In this document: piece after piece, positions 24,644-33,334 of the stretch
Layout of the letters: the number at the start of each line of letters is the position of its first letter
Position numbering within the stretch: the first letter of the stretch is position 1
Source: a virus
Lineage: Duplodnaviria; Caudoviricetes
IMG/VR virus record: IMGVR_UViG_3300020045_003042
Coordinates: 1-33,334 of that record
Length of the DNA stretch: 33,334 nt
Direction: 5' to 3' (one strand)
Notes under the pieces: model-generated
Database searches by the model: none
The model's input: only the letters and a program-made list of their open reading frames with translations
What the model was told of the DNA's origin: nothing
Program-made: the position numbers and the translations under genes

Positions 24644-26010
24644 TATTTCACCTCTTCGAACTGTTTTCCGTCTGGGCTCACATACGCCTTATTCCCGTTT
24701 GCGTCTGTGTGCAGAGTCCAACCGGACGCATTGACAGGCGGCATAGACGGCGCTTGTGTCATCTGTTTTCCGCTAATCCCGGCTTTTTCTTTGGCCCGTT
24801 GTGCGCCCTTCTGCACAATGTCCTTAAACTCGTTGGCCGCTGCTATAAATTCTTGTTCGCTGCTGGACGTTTTCATCCGAGATATTGCGTCGGTTGCCTT
24901 CTGCCCCTCAACCTCAGTGATTTGTCCTCCACCTTTAAGGCTCTGGAACGCCTGCAAAAACTGCTTTCCTTTAAGCTGGTCAAGCCTGTTTATAAAGTCC
25001 CTTGACTCGGTACCTGGGATTTTACCAGCCGGGAACAACGAAGACGCACCGACCGCCATTTTCATACCCGGATGTTTTATAATATCGTCAACAAGTTTAA
25101 CTGTTTGGTCCGCCTCTGCAACTATTCCGGACATCGCAATTTTAGCCTCCGCCTCAGACTTGGCTTTGGCTTCGGCTGCCGCTTTTTCTGCTGTTATTCT
25201 TGCCTGCAATTCCGGGTCGCTGCTTGAGCCGACAATAGCCTTTCCGCCGACGGCTATAGGCTCCATTTGGCCGGTCCTGTTGTTGAACGCGTACACTCCC
25301 TGCGCTGATTGTACGGGGGTATAGTAGGGGGTCCCGGATGACTCACCCCGATCAACCCTCGCCCGTTCTCCCGGAGAAAGTCCCTTCCGTATCGGCTGCG
25401 GGTTGTACCCTGGCGCTCTCGGGTTTGTTTCAACCGGAGCGAGGACTGGCCCTGCGTCCTCATACTTTATCTTTGACAACATCTCGTCTGCGCTAAACAA
25501 ATGTTGCCCAGCCCACTGTTTGATTCCCTCGGGGTTATTGCCTATCCGGGCCAAGTCCTGCCGATGTTTAGCGGTTACGTTCGGGTCTCCAAACGTCTGG
25601 TCAATAAAATCAAGCGCCTCTGCGGTAGATTCTGGCGTCGGATTGTTGTAAACGCTGTTTAGGGCCTGTTTGGTTATGTCAATCCGCTGTTTTGATTCCT
25701 CTATTTTTGCGGCCCTCTGTTCAGATATCTGTTTTTGCAATTCTTGGGCTTGTTTATAATATCCGCCCTTTAACAGGGTCTGTTGGGCGGCTTGTATGTC
25801 TCCACCGGCTAAGGCATTTTTTATCGCGCCTTCTGCCTCAGATTCTCGCTTGGCTCTGTCTATTTGCAGGGCGTTAAGTTGCTGTTGCTGCTTCGCGCTA
25901 CGCATTGCAAGTGCATTTTGTTGCCCGGTCTGGAATGATGTAGCAATGCGCCCCGGAGCCGTGGTGTCCAATAACCCATAGTTTATCTGATCCATTTTAT
26001 CCCCCGTCAC
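24643..26010 (-). CDS. putative internal virion / DNA ejection protein
   Basis: Q/A-rich coiled coil with LKGGGQITEVEG; synteny; start may be the ATG at 25995. Confidence 0.6.
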   Translation of the reverse strand: MTGDKMDQINYGLLDTTAPGRIATSFQTGQQNALAMRSAKQQQQLNALQIDRAKRESEAEGAIKNALAGGDIQAAQQTLLKGGYYKQAQELQKQISEQRAAKIEESKQRIDITKQALNSVYNNPTPESTAEALDFIDQTFGDPNVTAKHRQDLARIGNNPEGIKQWAGQHLFSADEMLSKIKYEDAGPVLAPVETNPRAPGYNPQPIRKGLSPGERARVDRGESSGTPYYTPVQSAQGVYAFNNRTGQMEPIAVGGKAIVGSSSDPELQARITAEKAAAEAKAKSEAEAKIAMSGIVAEADQTVKLVDDIIKHPGMKMAVGASSLFPAGKIPGTESRDFINRLDQLKGKQFLQAFQSLKGGGQITEVEGQKATDAISRMKTSSSEQEFIAAANEFKDIVQKGAQRAKEKAGISGKQMTQAPSMPPVNASGWTLHTDANGNKAYVSPDGKQFEEVK

Positions 26011-26654
26011 TGGTTCGCGTAATAACTGCCGAGAGCATTACCGATGCCCTGATAGGCAGAATTCCACGAGTTAGCCGCAGTCAAATACGAATTGCCTTGA
26101 TTCGCTGCATTTGTTGTGGCTATATTGCTTACCGAGTTCGCATAGTTACTCCCGGCGGTAGAAGTTGCGGAGTTCGCCGTTTGGCCCAGTCCGGCAAGAG
26201 ATGCGAGCTGGTTATAGTTCTGTGTCCTACTCTGCATGTACCGATTGTATGCGTTGCCGTATTCCTGAGATCCCATCTCTTGGCCGTATGTTGCCGCCGC
26301 CTTGAGTGCCGAGCCGGACTGCAACCCGCCCTTTGCTGCCGCGCTCTGTTCTATCTGCTTTTGCCCTTCGCTCAACCTAAAACTATATCCAGGATCAGCC
26401 GTCATGTCGGAATATTCGAAATCCTTATAATATTCGGGGCTTTGCATCTGAGCGAGCGCATTATACCCTGCGTCTCTATATGGTGCGTAATCCGATCTGG
26501 TTTGCTGATACTGTTGATTTTGGACGTCCGTAGCATACGCCGAGGCCGCAGCCGACGACTTGGACGCCTTGCTTGCAGCACTTGAGCTGGAACTCGCAGA
26601 CGCAAGCCCTCCAATTAGCGCTGCGCCACCGACGATTACTGCTCCCCAAGACAT
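26007..26654 (-). CDS. DNA transfer (pilot) protein, P22 gp7-like
   Basis: G/A/S-rich N-terminus; PY..AG..AL and DPGY.FRL.EG motifs. Confidence 0.75.
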   Translation of the reverse strand: MSWGAVIVGGAALIGGLASASSSSSAASKASKSSAAASAYATDVQNQQYQQTRSDYAPYRDAGYNALAQMQSPEYYKDFEYSDMTADPGYSFRLSEGQKQIEQSAAAKGGLQSGSALKAAATYGQEMGSQEYGNAYNRYMQSRTQNYNQLASLAGLGQTANSATSTAGSNYANSVSNIATTNAANQGNSYLTAANSWNSAYQGIGNALGSYYANQ

Positions 26655-27124
26655 AATGCACCCCCATCTAAAGCTAAAAATTCATCTTCGGTTATAATGA
26701 AGTCATTTTCTATTTCTTCAAGATCCGTCTTTTCTGTCGGATGAATGTTCATAAACACACAATCTTCAAGGCAATATGCCATTTTCTTGACGTTTGGCGC
26801 TGATGTGAACTGAAACGGTGCTGTAATCGTGAGGGGCGGATTGCCATCACCAGCGTAAAGCAGCATTGTCCCCCTCATCAAAATATTGCACGTCTCATGC
26901 CGATGGCGTTTCCCAATAATAAGCGACTTATCCGGAATGCTTAATTGCCGTATGTAGACCCCACCGGAAAAAATATGGTCCACCACCTCTTCTATTTGCG
27001 GGAATTCGGCCAAAATCCTTTCAATCTCGCAAATATCAAGATCCTTGTTGAACGATTCGAATATGAGCGCCTCATCCTCGGTCCTTGGAACAACAGCGCA
27101 TGAGCTTGGCACCAAATCCATCAT
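26636..27124 (-). CDS. cupin-like phage protein
   Basis: HIFSGGVYIRQL.IP...IIGKRH...NI..RG motif. Confidence 0.6.
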   Translation of the reverse strand: MMDLVPSSCAVVPRTEDEALIFESFNKDLDICEIERILAEFPQIEEVVDHIFSGGVYIRQLSIPDKSLIIGKRHRHETCNILMRGTMLLYAGDGNPPLTITAPFQFTSAPNVKKMAYCLEDCVFMNIHPTEKTDLEEIENDFIITEDEFLALDGGALCLGEQ

Positions 27125-27459
27125 CCCGTAACCTCTCTAACCGTTGCCCTGACTGTAATCGCGTCAGCGGTTCCGGATAGCCCTTGAATCGAATCCCCGG
27201 TTTTCAAGGAATGCCCGATAGCCTCGGGGCATCGGTATGTCTCCCCGGCTCCGATAGACCGAGCGGAAATAATCCTATAGGTCACACCAGCCGATCCCCC
27301 GCTTGATACCAGATCGATGGTTGCAGTGGCGGCGCTTGCGGATGTGTTACACAGTGTCAGCGCGTCGATGATGGCGGTCACGTTGTTAGCTGTGTACAGT
27401 GTACTATTCGTTGTTACAAGCTGCGTACCGGCAACGACCGGTTTAGAAGTTACTGACAT
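27121..27459 (-). CDS. putative structural protein
   Basis: T/S/A-rich beta protein within the tail cluster. Confidence 0.65.
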   Translation of the reverse strand: MSVTSKPVVAGTQLVTTNSTLYTANNVTAIIDALTLCNTSASAATATIDLVSSGGSAGVTYRIISARSIGAGETYRCPEAIGHSLKTGDSIQGLSGTADAITVRATVREVTG

Positions 27460-27468
27460 ACTGGCCCC

Positions 27469-28302
27469 TTATTTTGCGTTGATTAGTCGACTTCCCAACG
27501 TGTTTTGCTTTACGTGTGCGCCCATCTGATTAATGAATATATTACCAGGGTATTCCGTTCCTCCGGTTGCCGCTATTCGTTTAAGCCGTGTTTTAATGTG
27601 GTCTCCGATATGTCTGCCAGTGCTGGAATAGGCTGGGAAGTCCAATCTAAGAGATGTCAGCGCCGCCGTCCCGTTCGGGATTGTGAGCTCTGCCGAGACA
27701 TTGGTTTCTGTCCACGATCCCAACATTGGGGCATATGCCCTGAATAACTGTATTTTCGCATACTGATTCGCGCCGCTGGTATTCGCTGCCTTGGTCGTTA
27801 CGTGGACATGGATGTTTACATCTGTCCCTTCCTGCCACCAGTGCGGATACTCTTCCACCCCGAAATCCACATAATCATCAACGGCGAAACTATATTCACT
27901 TGTGTTGGTCGTGAATGTTTCCCATGTCGGGTAATGAGACGCTGGAAGTTTGGCTGTTGAAATTTGATATTGAACATCATTCCAGACCGGCTCTAAATAA
28001 TATGGATCGTATATCAAATGCGCGGGGCTGCTCAAAACGTCGTCCACACGGTCAGACGCCGAACATGCCGCGCAAAAAGTGTTAGTTTGGCTGTTGAGCC
28101 TGTTTAGCATGTCTTCGTCAAACGGTTGCGGCTGTGGGCCAAGCTGCAAATCCTGCACGTCAACGGTTTGATCGAAAGAAGCCGCTGTGTCTCGGAAAAA
28201 CTGCATGAAAAATCTATACCATTCCCGCGACATTTGGCCCGTAAGGGGATCAATAGGATTGACCCTTGGTGCCGGTATATTGTTCTGTTTAGTGAGCCCC
28301 AC
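27469..28302 (-). CDS. putative tail-associated structural protein
   Basis: PAPRV...DP.TG.MSREWYRFF N-terminus; follows the gp10-like gene. Confidence 0.65.
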   Translation of the reverse strand: MGLTKQNNIPAPRVNPIDPLTGQMSREWYRFFMQFFRDTAASFDQTVDVQDLQLGPQPQPFDEDMLNRLNSQTNTFCAACSASDRVDDVLSSPAHLIYDPYYLEPVWNDVQYQISTAKLPASHYPTWETFTTNTSEYSFAVDDYVDFGVEEYPHWWQEGTDVNIHVHVTTKAANTSGANQYAKIQLFRAYAPMLGSWTETNVSAELTIPNGTAALTSLRLDFPAYSSTGRHIGDHIKTRLKRIAATGGTEYPGNIFINQMGAHVKQNTLGSRLINAK

Positions 28303-29713
28303 CAGAGACCTCCACTTCCGCCCCGAGAATAGCCACCTTTACCGGGTCTGTCCCGCTGATCTCAAAAACCCTGTCCCTTCGTTTCAATGTAATTCCCAAC
28401 CGCCTCCACACAACCCGCGTGAAGAACTCCCCGATCTTACCCATGGGCCACACATGCTCATTCCCCCAGGTATGACCCCCATCGTCCGACACTCTGAGCG
28501 CAATATTGGGGGCATTTTCGCCATTCAATCCCACGCCCGTCTCGCAATCAAGCTGTAACGAAGACCAAATAGTCCGTTTGAGGTTGTTCTGCCCGGTAGG
28601 AATCCCCCGCCAAGACCGCACCCATCTTATCGTAGCGCCGTTGTCTGTAAAATAATCAAGATCATATGCGCAAAGGTTCCCATCATCGTCCCCGACTATC
28701 AACTCCCCATTGAAATTCATGAAGCACGTTGCCGGGTGGTTTGCGTCCTGCCCGAGATAGAACCCAAGTCTTTCGTGCCACCACTGCGTCGCTACGTCAT
28801 AAACCCATGTTTTTTTTGCAGTTGGGAAGTTGAGTACATAAAAAGCGTGTCCGTCTTGCTGATATGTGAAGGCCCTGGCATCATCTATGCGGTGATATGA
28901 CTGTATTTCGAACTCAATCGCGTGTGTAGATATTCTGACTGCGTTATATCCCTGAGAACGGTATACAATGCCGAATCCTCTTCGATCCCGGCCAAGCCAG
29001 AAAACAGAATTATCTAACAACTTAGCCGAATGTTTAGCGGCGCATCCAATTTCTATAAAGGCAGCCTGTATCGGCTGGAAGGGAAAGTCTGTGGTATCTG
29101 ACTGGTAAAATATTTCAGTAGACACCGCCCCGAGCATCCACAACTCCTTGTGGCTTGCTATTGGGGCAACGATATCATCAGAATATGCCTCGGAGCTGGC
29201 ATAATCCAGGGCGTCAACCCCGGTTCCGTCTAAAACAGAGGACACAAAAAATCGCTGTGTGCCGGGCTCGTTGTAAACGAAATAGCCCCCGATATATGTT
29301 ACCATGTCGGACCCAGGGAAATCCGCGTCAAGAATCTGTGCATATGCACCGGTCAGCTGGTTGTAAATATACCCGTCCGGGTTCGCAGATATAAACAGCT
29401 GATACCCATTATCATCCATAGACACTGGATCGCCACCAGACACAGAGCCTTTGTTGGACAAAGACCAATCCACGCCTATCTCGTACAACTTATCCCCTGA
29501 TACGGCGTATCCTTTGCCGCCAAACGCCCACAAACCCCGGATGGGGCCATTTCCGATGCTTTTGACAAGCCGTCTTCCGGGCGCACGGGTGAAATATGCG
29601 GCCTCTTTCCCGCCGTCTACCACCTGCTCAGCGTATAGGTTGACAAGCCTATTTGCAGCCGCATTAAGGCTTCTTGCTGTGTATGCTTGTCCAAGGATCG
29701 GTGATTTCATCAA
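28289..29713 (-). CDS. P22 gp10-like tail hub / packaged DNA stabilization protein
   Basis: GPIRG, IEIGC.A..S, YQQDGH.FYVL.FP, WHER and SDDGGHTW motifs; 474 aa. Confidence 0.85.
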   Translation of the reverse strand: MMKSPILGQAYTARSLNAAANRLVNLYAEQVVDGGKEAAYFTRAPGRRLVKSIGNGPIRGLWAFGGKGYAVSGDKLYEIGVDWSLSNKGSVSGGDPVSMDDNGYQLFISANPDGYIYNQLTGAYAQILDADFPGSDMVTYIGGYFVYNEPGTQRFFVSSVLDGTGVDALDYASSEAYSDDIVAPIASHKELWMLGAVSTEIFYQSDTTDFPFQPIQAAFIEIGCAAKHSAKLLDNSVFWLGRDRRGFGIVYRSQGYNAVRISTHAIEFEIQSYHRIDDARAFTYQQDGHAFYVLNFPTAKKTWVYDVATQWWHERLGFYLGQDANHPATCFMNFNGELIVGDDDGNLCAYDLDYFTDNGATIRWVRSWRGIPTGQNNLKRTIWSSLQLDCETGVGLNGENAPNIALRVSDDGGHTWGNEHVWPMGKIGEFFTRVVWRRLGITLKRRDRVFEISGTDPVKVAILGAEVEVSGGAH

Positions 29714-30426
29714 TAATTCCCGGAGTATATGTTATATCGTCCCGGCCCGTTAAGCAAAGATACCGGCATTGACATCACCGAGTCGTCCTGGTTGACTCTC
29801 TTGATGTTCCTTTTCGACGCGATAGCCCCGCGGATTACCGAACCGGCTGGCTCAACTCCGTATTCCGGGCACAATTCGAGCGCGAGGTTGTATCTATACG
29901 CCCTTGCATATCCGGGCGGCAAGTATAGCGTGGTTGCAATGGTCGCAGGTTGCGTCAACTCAAGCACTGACACAATATGAAACTCAAGGGATCGGCTCGG
30001 GACGGGCCACACTGTCATTTCGACAGCCGGATTTGTATAGTTCACCCACAAATACTGCGGAAACGTAGAAGTTGCGGTTTTCAGGGCTATCCCATTATAC
30101 TGGCCCTGGTTGATCTGCCGCAAACCATACGAAACGCCGCTTGTGACATCTTTAAAATATGTCGAATCGTCTATGGTAAACGGCCTGTTCCCGACAAAAT
30201 TACCAGCCGGGCCAATTGTCCGAGTCGCTGTGGCTGCTGGCCAAGTAAAAATCTGGTCTTGTGTGGCGTAAGAAGCAAGCCGTTCAAGGCTCCACGATTC
30301 GAGCATACCATTCAGGCTTGAAAGAGCGTCATTCATCATATCCGAGGAAGGGGTTTCCCCCTCCTGGATGACGCCAATCAGCCTAAGAGAGCCTTTTATT
30401 AGATCGCTTGTAAGGACGCTTGGCAC
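29710..30426 (-). CDS. head-tail adaptor (P22 gp4 / tail tubular A-like)
   Basis: DLIK.SLR.IGV...AL..LN.ML.SW and LPPGY..A..YNLA.EL.PEYG motifs; synteny. Confidence 0.75.
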   Translation of the reverse strand: MPSVLTSDLIKGSLRLIGVIQEGETPSSDMMNDALSSLNGMLESWSLERLASYATQDQIFTWPAATATRTIGPAGNFVGNRPFTIDDSTYFKDVTSGVSYGLRQINQGQYNGIALKTATSTFPQYLWVNYTNPAVEMTVWPVPSRSLEFHIVSVLELTQPATIATTLYLPPGYARAYRYNLALELCPEYGVEPAGSVIRGAIASKRNIKRVNQDDSVMSMPVSLLNGPGRYNIYSGNY

Positions 30427-30571
30427 GGGTTACCTCTTTCGGTTCATCTATCAATTCAGACTTCGCGCCATACTCAAACCGCTCCCAGCCGTTTTTCTCG
30501 TCGGCTATCGCTTCGGTTTCTGATATAGCAACCTTTGTCCCATTTGCGGCATGTCTTAAATATATTACCAT
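30383..30571 (-). CDS. small conserved head-module protein
   Basis: GGAGG RBS; MVIYLRH...GTKVA..E.EA..DEKNGW. Confidence 0.65.
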   Translation of the reverse strand: MVIYLRHAANGTKVAISETEAIADEKNGWERFEYGAKSELIDEPKEVTRAKRPYKRSNKRLS

Positions 30572-30723
30572 ATTATGCCTCCGGGGGAGCGTCCTCCCCC
30601 TTTGGCAACTCGGGAGCATCCATCATGGCGATTATGGTTTTTATGACGTCCATGGTGCGCGCTATTACGCCGACTTTCAAGTTGGTCCAATTCCCCACTT
30701 AGAAACTCCCGAGTAACAATCAC
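30565..30723 (-). pseudogene. small gene, apparently frameshifted
   Basis: GGAGG RBS; helical MIVTREFLSGELDQLESRRNSAH, then the helical pattern continues in another frame as TMDVIKTIIAMMDAPE...*. Confidence 0.35.
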
Positions 30724-30732
30724 CTATCCTCC

Positions 30733-31146
30733 TTACGCAAACCGATACGCAGTAAATGCACCGGCTGCGGTTTTGCGGAACCGCCACGTTCCAGTAGAGC
30801 CAGCCGAAGTGGTGATCGGCAGGGTGGCCATTCCACTAAGCGTAACCCCGGTCCCAGCGGCAAGGGTGATAATCCCGGAAGACGTACCAAGGTTAATCAC
30901 AGTAAGATCGAAGCTGGACCCAACTTTCAGATTGGGAAGTGCGGTCTCGATTGCCGCAGCGGTCGGCGTGGTATACGTTGCCGCGCTGGTGCTGGGGTTC
31001 CCCACCAAAGTCTCCCCCAACAGCTGGGCGGTGGTAAGGGTGGCCGTAGACGTTGCGGTCTGCGGCGCTGCCATAGTTCTGAGTTTGATTTCATTCAGGT
31101 TCCCATCACCAATCTGAGACCCCTGACCAACGGATGCAATAGTCAT
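30733..31146 (-). CDS. putative head decoration / cement protein
   Basis: T/A/G-rich 137 aa immediately after the coat gene; AAGGAGG RBS. Confidence 0.65.
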   Translation of the reverse strand: MTIASVGQGSQIGDGNLNEIKLRTMAAPQTATSTATLTTAQLLGETLVGNPSTSAATYTTPTAAAIETALPNLKVGSSFDLTVINLGTSSGIITLAAGTGVTLSGMATLPITTSAGSTGTWRFRKTAAGAFTAYRFA

Positions 31147-31156
31147 TTAATCCTCC

Positions 31157-32374
31157 TTAACCCCAAAGCCGAACGCCAAGCTGCGGACGAATTACAGACA
31201 CGCCATACAGCACGTCAACCCGGCAAGGCATACGGTCGTTATTGATGTCATACTGCCGAACGATACGCATGGACACCCCGTTGTGAGACATGCGGGAAGC
31301 CATATCAACACCCTGCGGCATGATAAGGTCGGCGGTAGCAAGGACAATGGCGTCCTTGTGATAAATAAGGTTCTGCGGATAAGACATAGAGGCTGCACCA
31401 AGGAAGGTGATGGCCGCTCCATCCTGCGGGAACGCGTCAATGGTAGCCAACGCGTGTGCAGAAGTATACATGGGCGGAGATACCTTGATATCGGTCCACG
31501 CGCCACTGGAAGCGGTATTGGCCTCAGTCACAACGAACTGCTGCAAAGACCCCGTGGATACTCTGGTCTGCGGGTTGACGGCATAAACACCGGCAATAGT
31601 GAACACGTCCCCCTTAGTTACGGTTGCAGTCGTGGTCCCGCCATCGATGGATATGGTGGCCGCGCCCTGGGTAGAAATGGTGCCGTTCACAAGGATGGTG
31701 TCGGACGTGGACCGAGATCCGCAAGTGTGGACCGTAAGCCCCTGACTCATGTTGATCTCGTCATACCCAAGTATCCCGTTGGCAACCAAACCGCTCTTAA
31801 ACTGCTGGCTCACAGTGCCGGTCGGGTTATAGAATCCCTTCATGGCCTCGATAATGCCAACGTTGGCAGAAGGAGTGATTGCAGCAAACCGAGAATCCTT
31901 GGGCGCTGCGGTTTCGTTAAGCTTCTGACCACCCTGTAACAGAACCTGAGTGGAGGCCGGAGTGGTCCCGGGAGTCCCAACGGAGCTAAACAGAGACGGC
32001 ACGGCATAGGCTGCAATATCGGCTTCAACCTGAGCGGCCAGTTGAGAAATACGGGGTTTCAGGATGAGGTCGGAAAACCGGTCCAAGCTGAGGGCCATTT
32101 CAGCGGTAGTGAAGTTCAGGCCGATGTGGGCCTGATCGGTGATAGTCACATTGGCGTACTGCTGAGACTCGTCCTGCGCCTGGAGGGCCGCGCCCTTGGT
32201 TACAAGCGACCGGTCAGGCAAACGCACCCGGAGATTAGCGCCGATCTTAGCGCCTTCCTTTGCAAAGCTGGCATCGTACTGTTTGTTGACAGTACGCGCG
32301 AGGGGCGTCGCATTCTCAAAAATGCGCTGGGCCTCTGCGTTAACCATGTCAATAGTTAATATGTTTTGACTCAT
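31157..32374 (-). CDS. major capsid protein, P22 coat (gp5) family
   Basis: N.ILTIDM, GAKIG..LRVRLP, GDVFTIAGVYAVNPQT and PCRVDVLYG motifs. Confidence 0.92.
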   Translation of the reverse strand: MSQNILTIDMVNAEAQRIFENATPLARTVNKQYDASFAKEGAKIGANLRVRLPDRSLVTKGAALQAQDESQQYANVTITDQAHIGLNFTTAEMALSLDRFSDLILKPRISQLAAQVEADIAAYAVPSLFSSVGTPGTTPASTQVLLQGGQKLNETAAPKDSRFAAITPSANVGIIEAMKGFYNPTGTVSQQFKSGLVANGILGYDEINMSQGLTVHTCGSRSTSDTILVNGTISTQGAATISIDGGTTTATVTKGDVFTIAGVYAVNPQTRVSTGSLQQFVVTEANTASSGAWTDIKVSPPMYTSAHALATIDAFPQDGAAITFLGAASMSYPQNLIYHKDAIVLATADLIMPQGVDMASRMSHNGVSMRIVRQYDINNDRMPCRVDVLYGVSVIRPQLGVRLWG

Positions 32375-32389
32375 TTTTGGTCGTCCTTT

Positions 32390-33130
32390 TTATCTTCGCG
32401 CCCTGTCCATCAACTGTCTGTTCCGCGCTTCGATCCACTCTGCTGGTGACATATGCTGGATACTGCGTGGATCTGATGGATCAAACGTTTTAACACCTCC
32501 ATCCGGTGTCACTGGCTTGATGGGCGGCGGCGCTGTGGTTGTTTTTTTAGGCGTCGGTGGTTTATCTTCTATCCGCGCTTCGATTTTTCCGATTTCCTTG
32601 ATCTGTAAAACGGGTGAAAGCTGGGAGATTCTATCGGCCTCTTTGGGATTGCTCCCCAGCCAATAGGCAATGTCAGGGCCTACGGCAGCATTTCGGATTG
32701 CATCGGCCATAGCGCTCGTGACCCTTAAGCCGGGATTGTGCGCTACCTGGTCGAAGTCGTCATATTTATCCCGGGCAGAGTCTTCTTTATCAAAATATGC
32801 GTCTCTAACCCGAGTAGCCTTCTCCCGCTCTTCCTTCTGCGCTAACTTCTGATCCGCCAATGCTTCGGCGTACTTGTCCACGTCTTCAAACGTGTTGGGG
32901 TCCAGGGATGGTGCTTCAACAACAGGAATAGGAGCCTGTGCGATCCTGTCTCTTTTCCTAAACTCTCTGTCCAGGCGCTTCTTGATAATCTCGTCAAGCT
33001 GGGCCTGTGTAAAAACCTTCTCTGCCTCTGCTTGCTGCACCGGAGCTTCCTGTTCGACAGCGGCCTCCGTTGCCGGTTGTTCGATTGCTTGAGTCTCTAC
33101 AACTTCTTGTACGACTTGTTCGTCTTCCAT
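32390..33130 (-). CDS. scaffolding protein
   Basis: Acidic N-terminus, FTQ.QLD.II.KRL, GPDIAY.L..NP and APPPI.P motifs; upstream of the coat gene. Confidence 0.8.
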   Translation of the reverse strand: MEDEQVVQEVVETQAIEQPATEAAVEQEAPVQQAEAEKVFTQAQLDEIIKKRLDREFRKRDRIAQAPIPVVEAPSLDPNTFEDVDKYAEALADQKLAQKEEREKATRVRDAYFDKEDSARDKYDDFDQVAHNPGLRVTSAMADAIRNAAVGPDIAYWLGSNPKEADRISQLSPVLQIKEIGKIEARIEDKPPTPKKTTTAPPPIKPVTPDGGVKTFDPSDPRSIQHMSPAEWIEARNRQLMDRARR

Positions 33131-33187
33131 GATGTCTCCTGTCCTCTGGATACCGCCAGAGTGCGGCTTCCGGCATCTCGCCGTTGG

Positions 33188-33334
33188 TTATGCCAAAAAC
33201 TTCAACTTGTAGATCGTTTGCAAATACAAACCCACCACTTCGTCAATGATGTTTTGCAGCGGTGAGTCATCCTTCTCGCAAACATCATATCTGCCATCTT
33301 CAATTTCCTTTAGTTGGCCTTCGAGGAAAGCAAC
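33188..33334 (-). CDS. partial (3' end) DUF5856 / ferritin-like protein
   Basis: VAFLEGQLKEIEDGRY...LQNIIDEVVGLYLQTIYKLKFLA*; truncated by the window edge. Confidence 0.6.
   Translation of the reverse strand, partial: VAFLEGQLKEIEDGRYDVCEKDDSPLQNIIDEVVGLYLQTIYKLKFLA

Noticed and set aside
23244-33265. Many plus-strand ORFs opposite the late genes
   Set aside because: Antisense shadows of well-supported structural genes, with no motifs or RBS support.
1-33334. Alternative genetic code (stop codon reassignment)
   Set aside because: Long genes are intact under the standard code, and the split genes are frame changes rather than in-frame stops.
1-33334. Host and lifestyle assignment
   Set aside because: No host genes, integrase or clear CI repressor in the window, so neither can be supported from this sequence.

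Overview
This window is part of a dsDNA tailed phage (or prophage) with a P22-like podovirus morphogenesis module. There are four blocks. (1) 1-914 (+): small Cys-rich genes. (2) 803-6159 (-): a replication and DNA-metabolism operon with an XRE HTH regulator, a replication initiator with internal 11-bp iteron-like repeats, DnaB, an NrdR-like Zn ribbon, a DNA methyltransferase split at a G10 tract, a DUF3310-like protein and a frameshifted RuvC-like resolvase. (3) 6320-17618 (+): an early/accessory region with an HNH nuclease, an Rnl2-type RNA ligase, about 480 nt of structured non-coding sequence, tRNA(CAT), a YqaJ exonuclease module, two SSB-tail paralogs, an ASCH-like protein, many small ORFs and a metallophosphoesterase. 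(4) 17659-33334 (-): late genes for scaffold, P22-type coat, adaptor, gp10-like tail hub, ejection proteins, tail fiber, lysis cassette and a probable beta-helix protein. No integrase, terminase, portal, reverse transcriptase or CRISPR is visible. The most notable observation is an orphan 22-codon copy of the RNA ligase N-terminus that stops at the catalytic motif, followed by a promoter, the HNH gene and a complete ligase with a divergent 5' end. This suggests an intronless homing cassette that rebuilds its target gene. Family assignments come from motif recognition by eye; no database searches were run.
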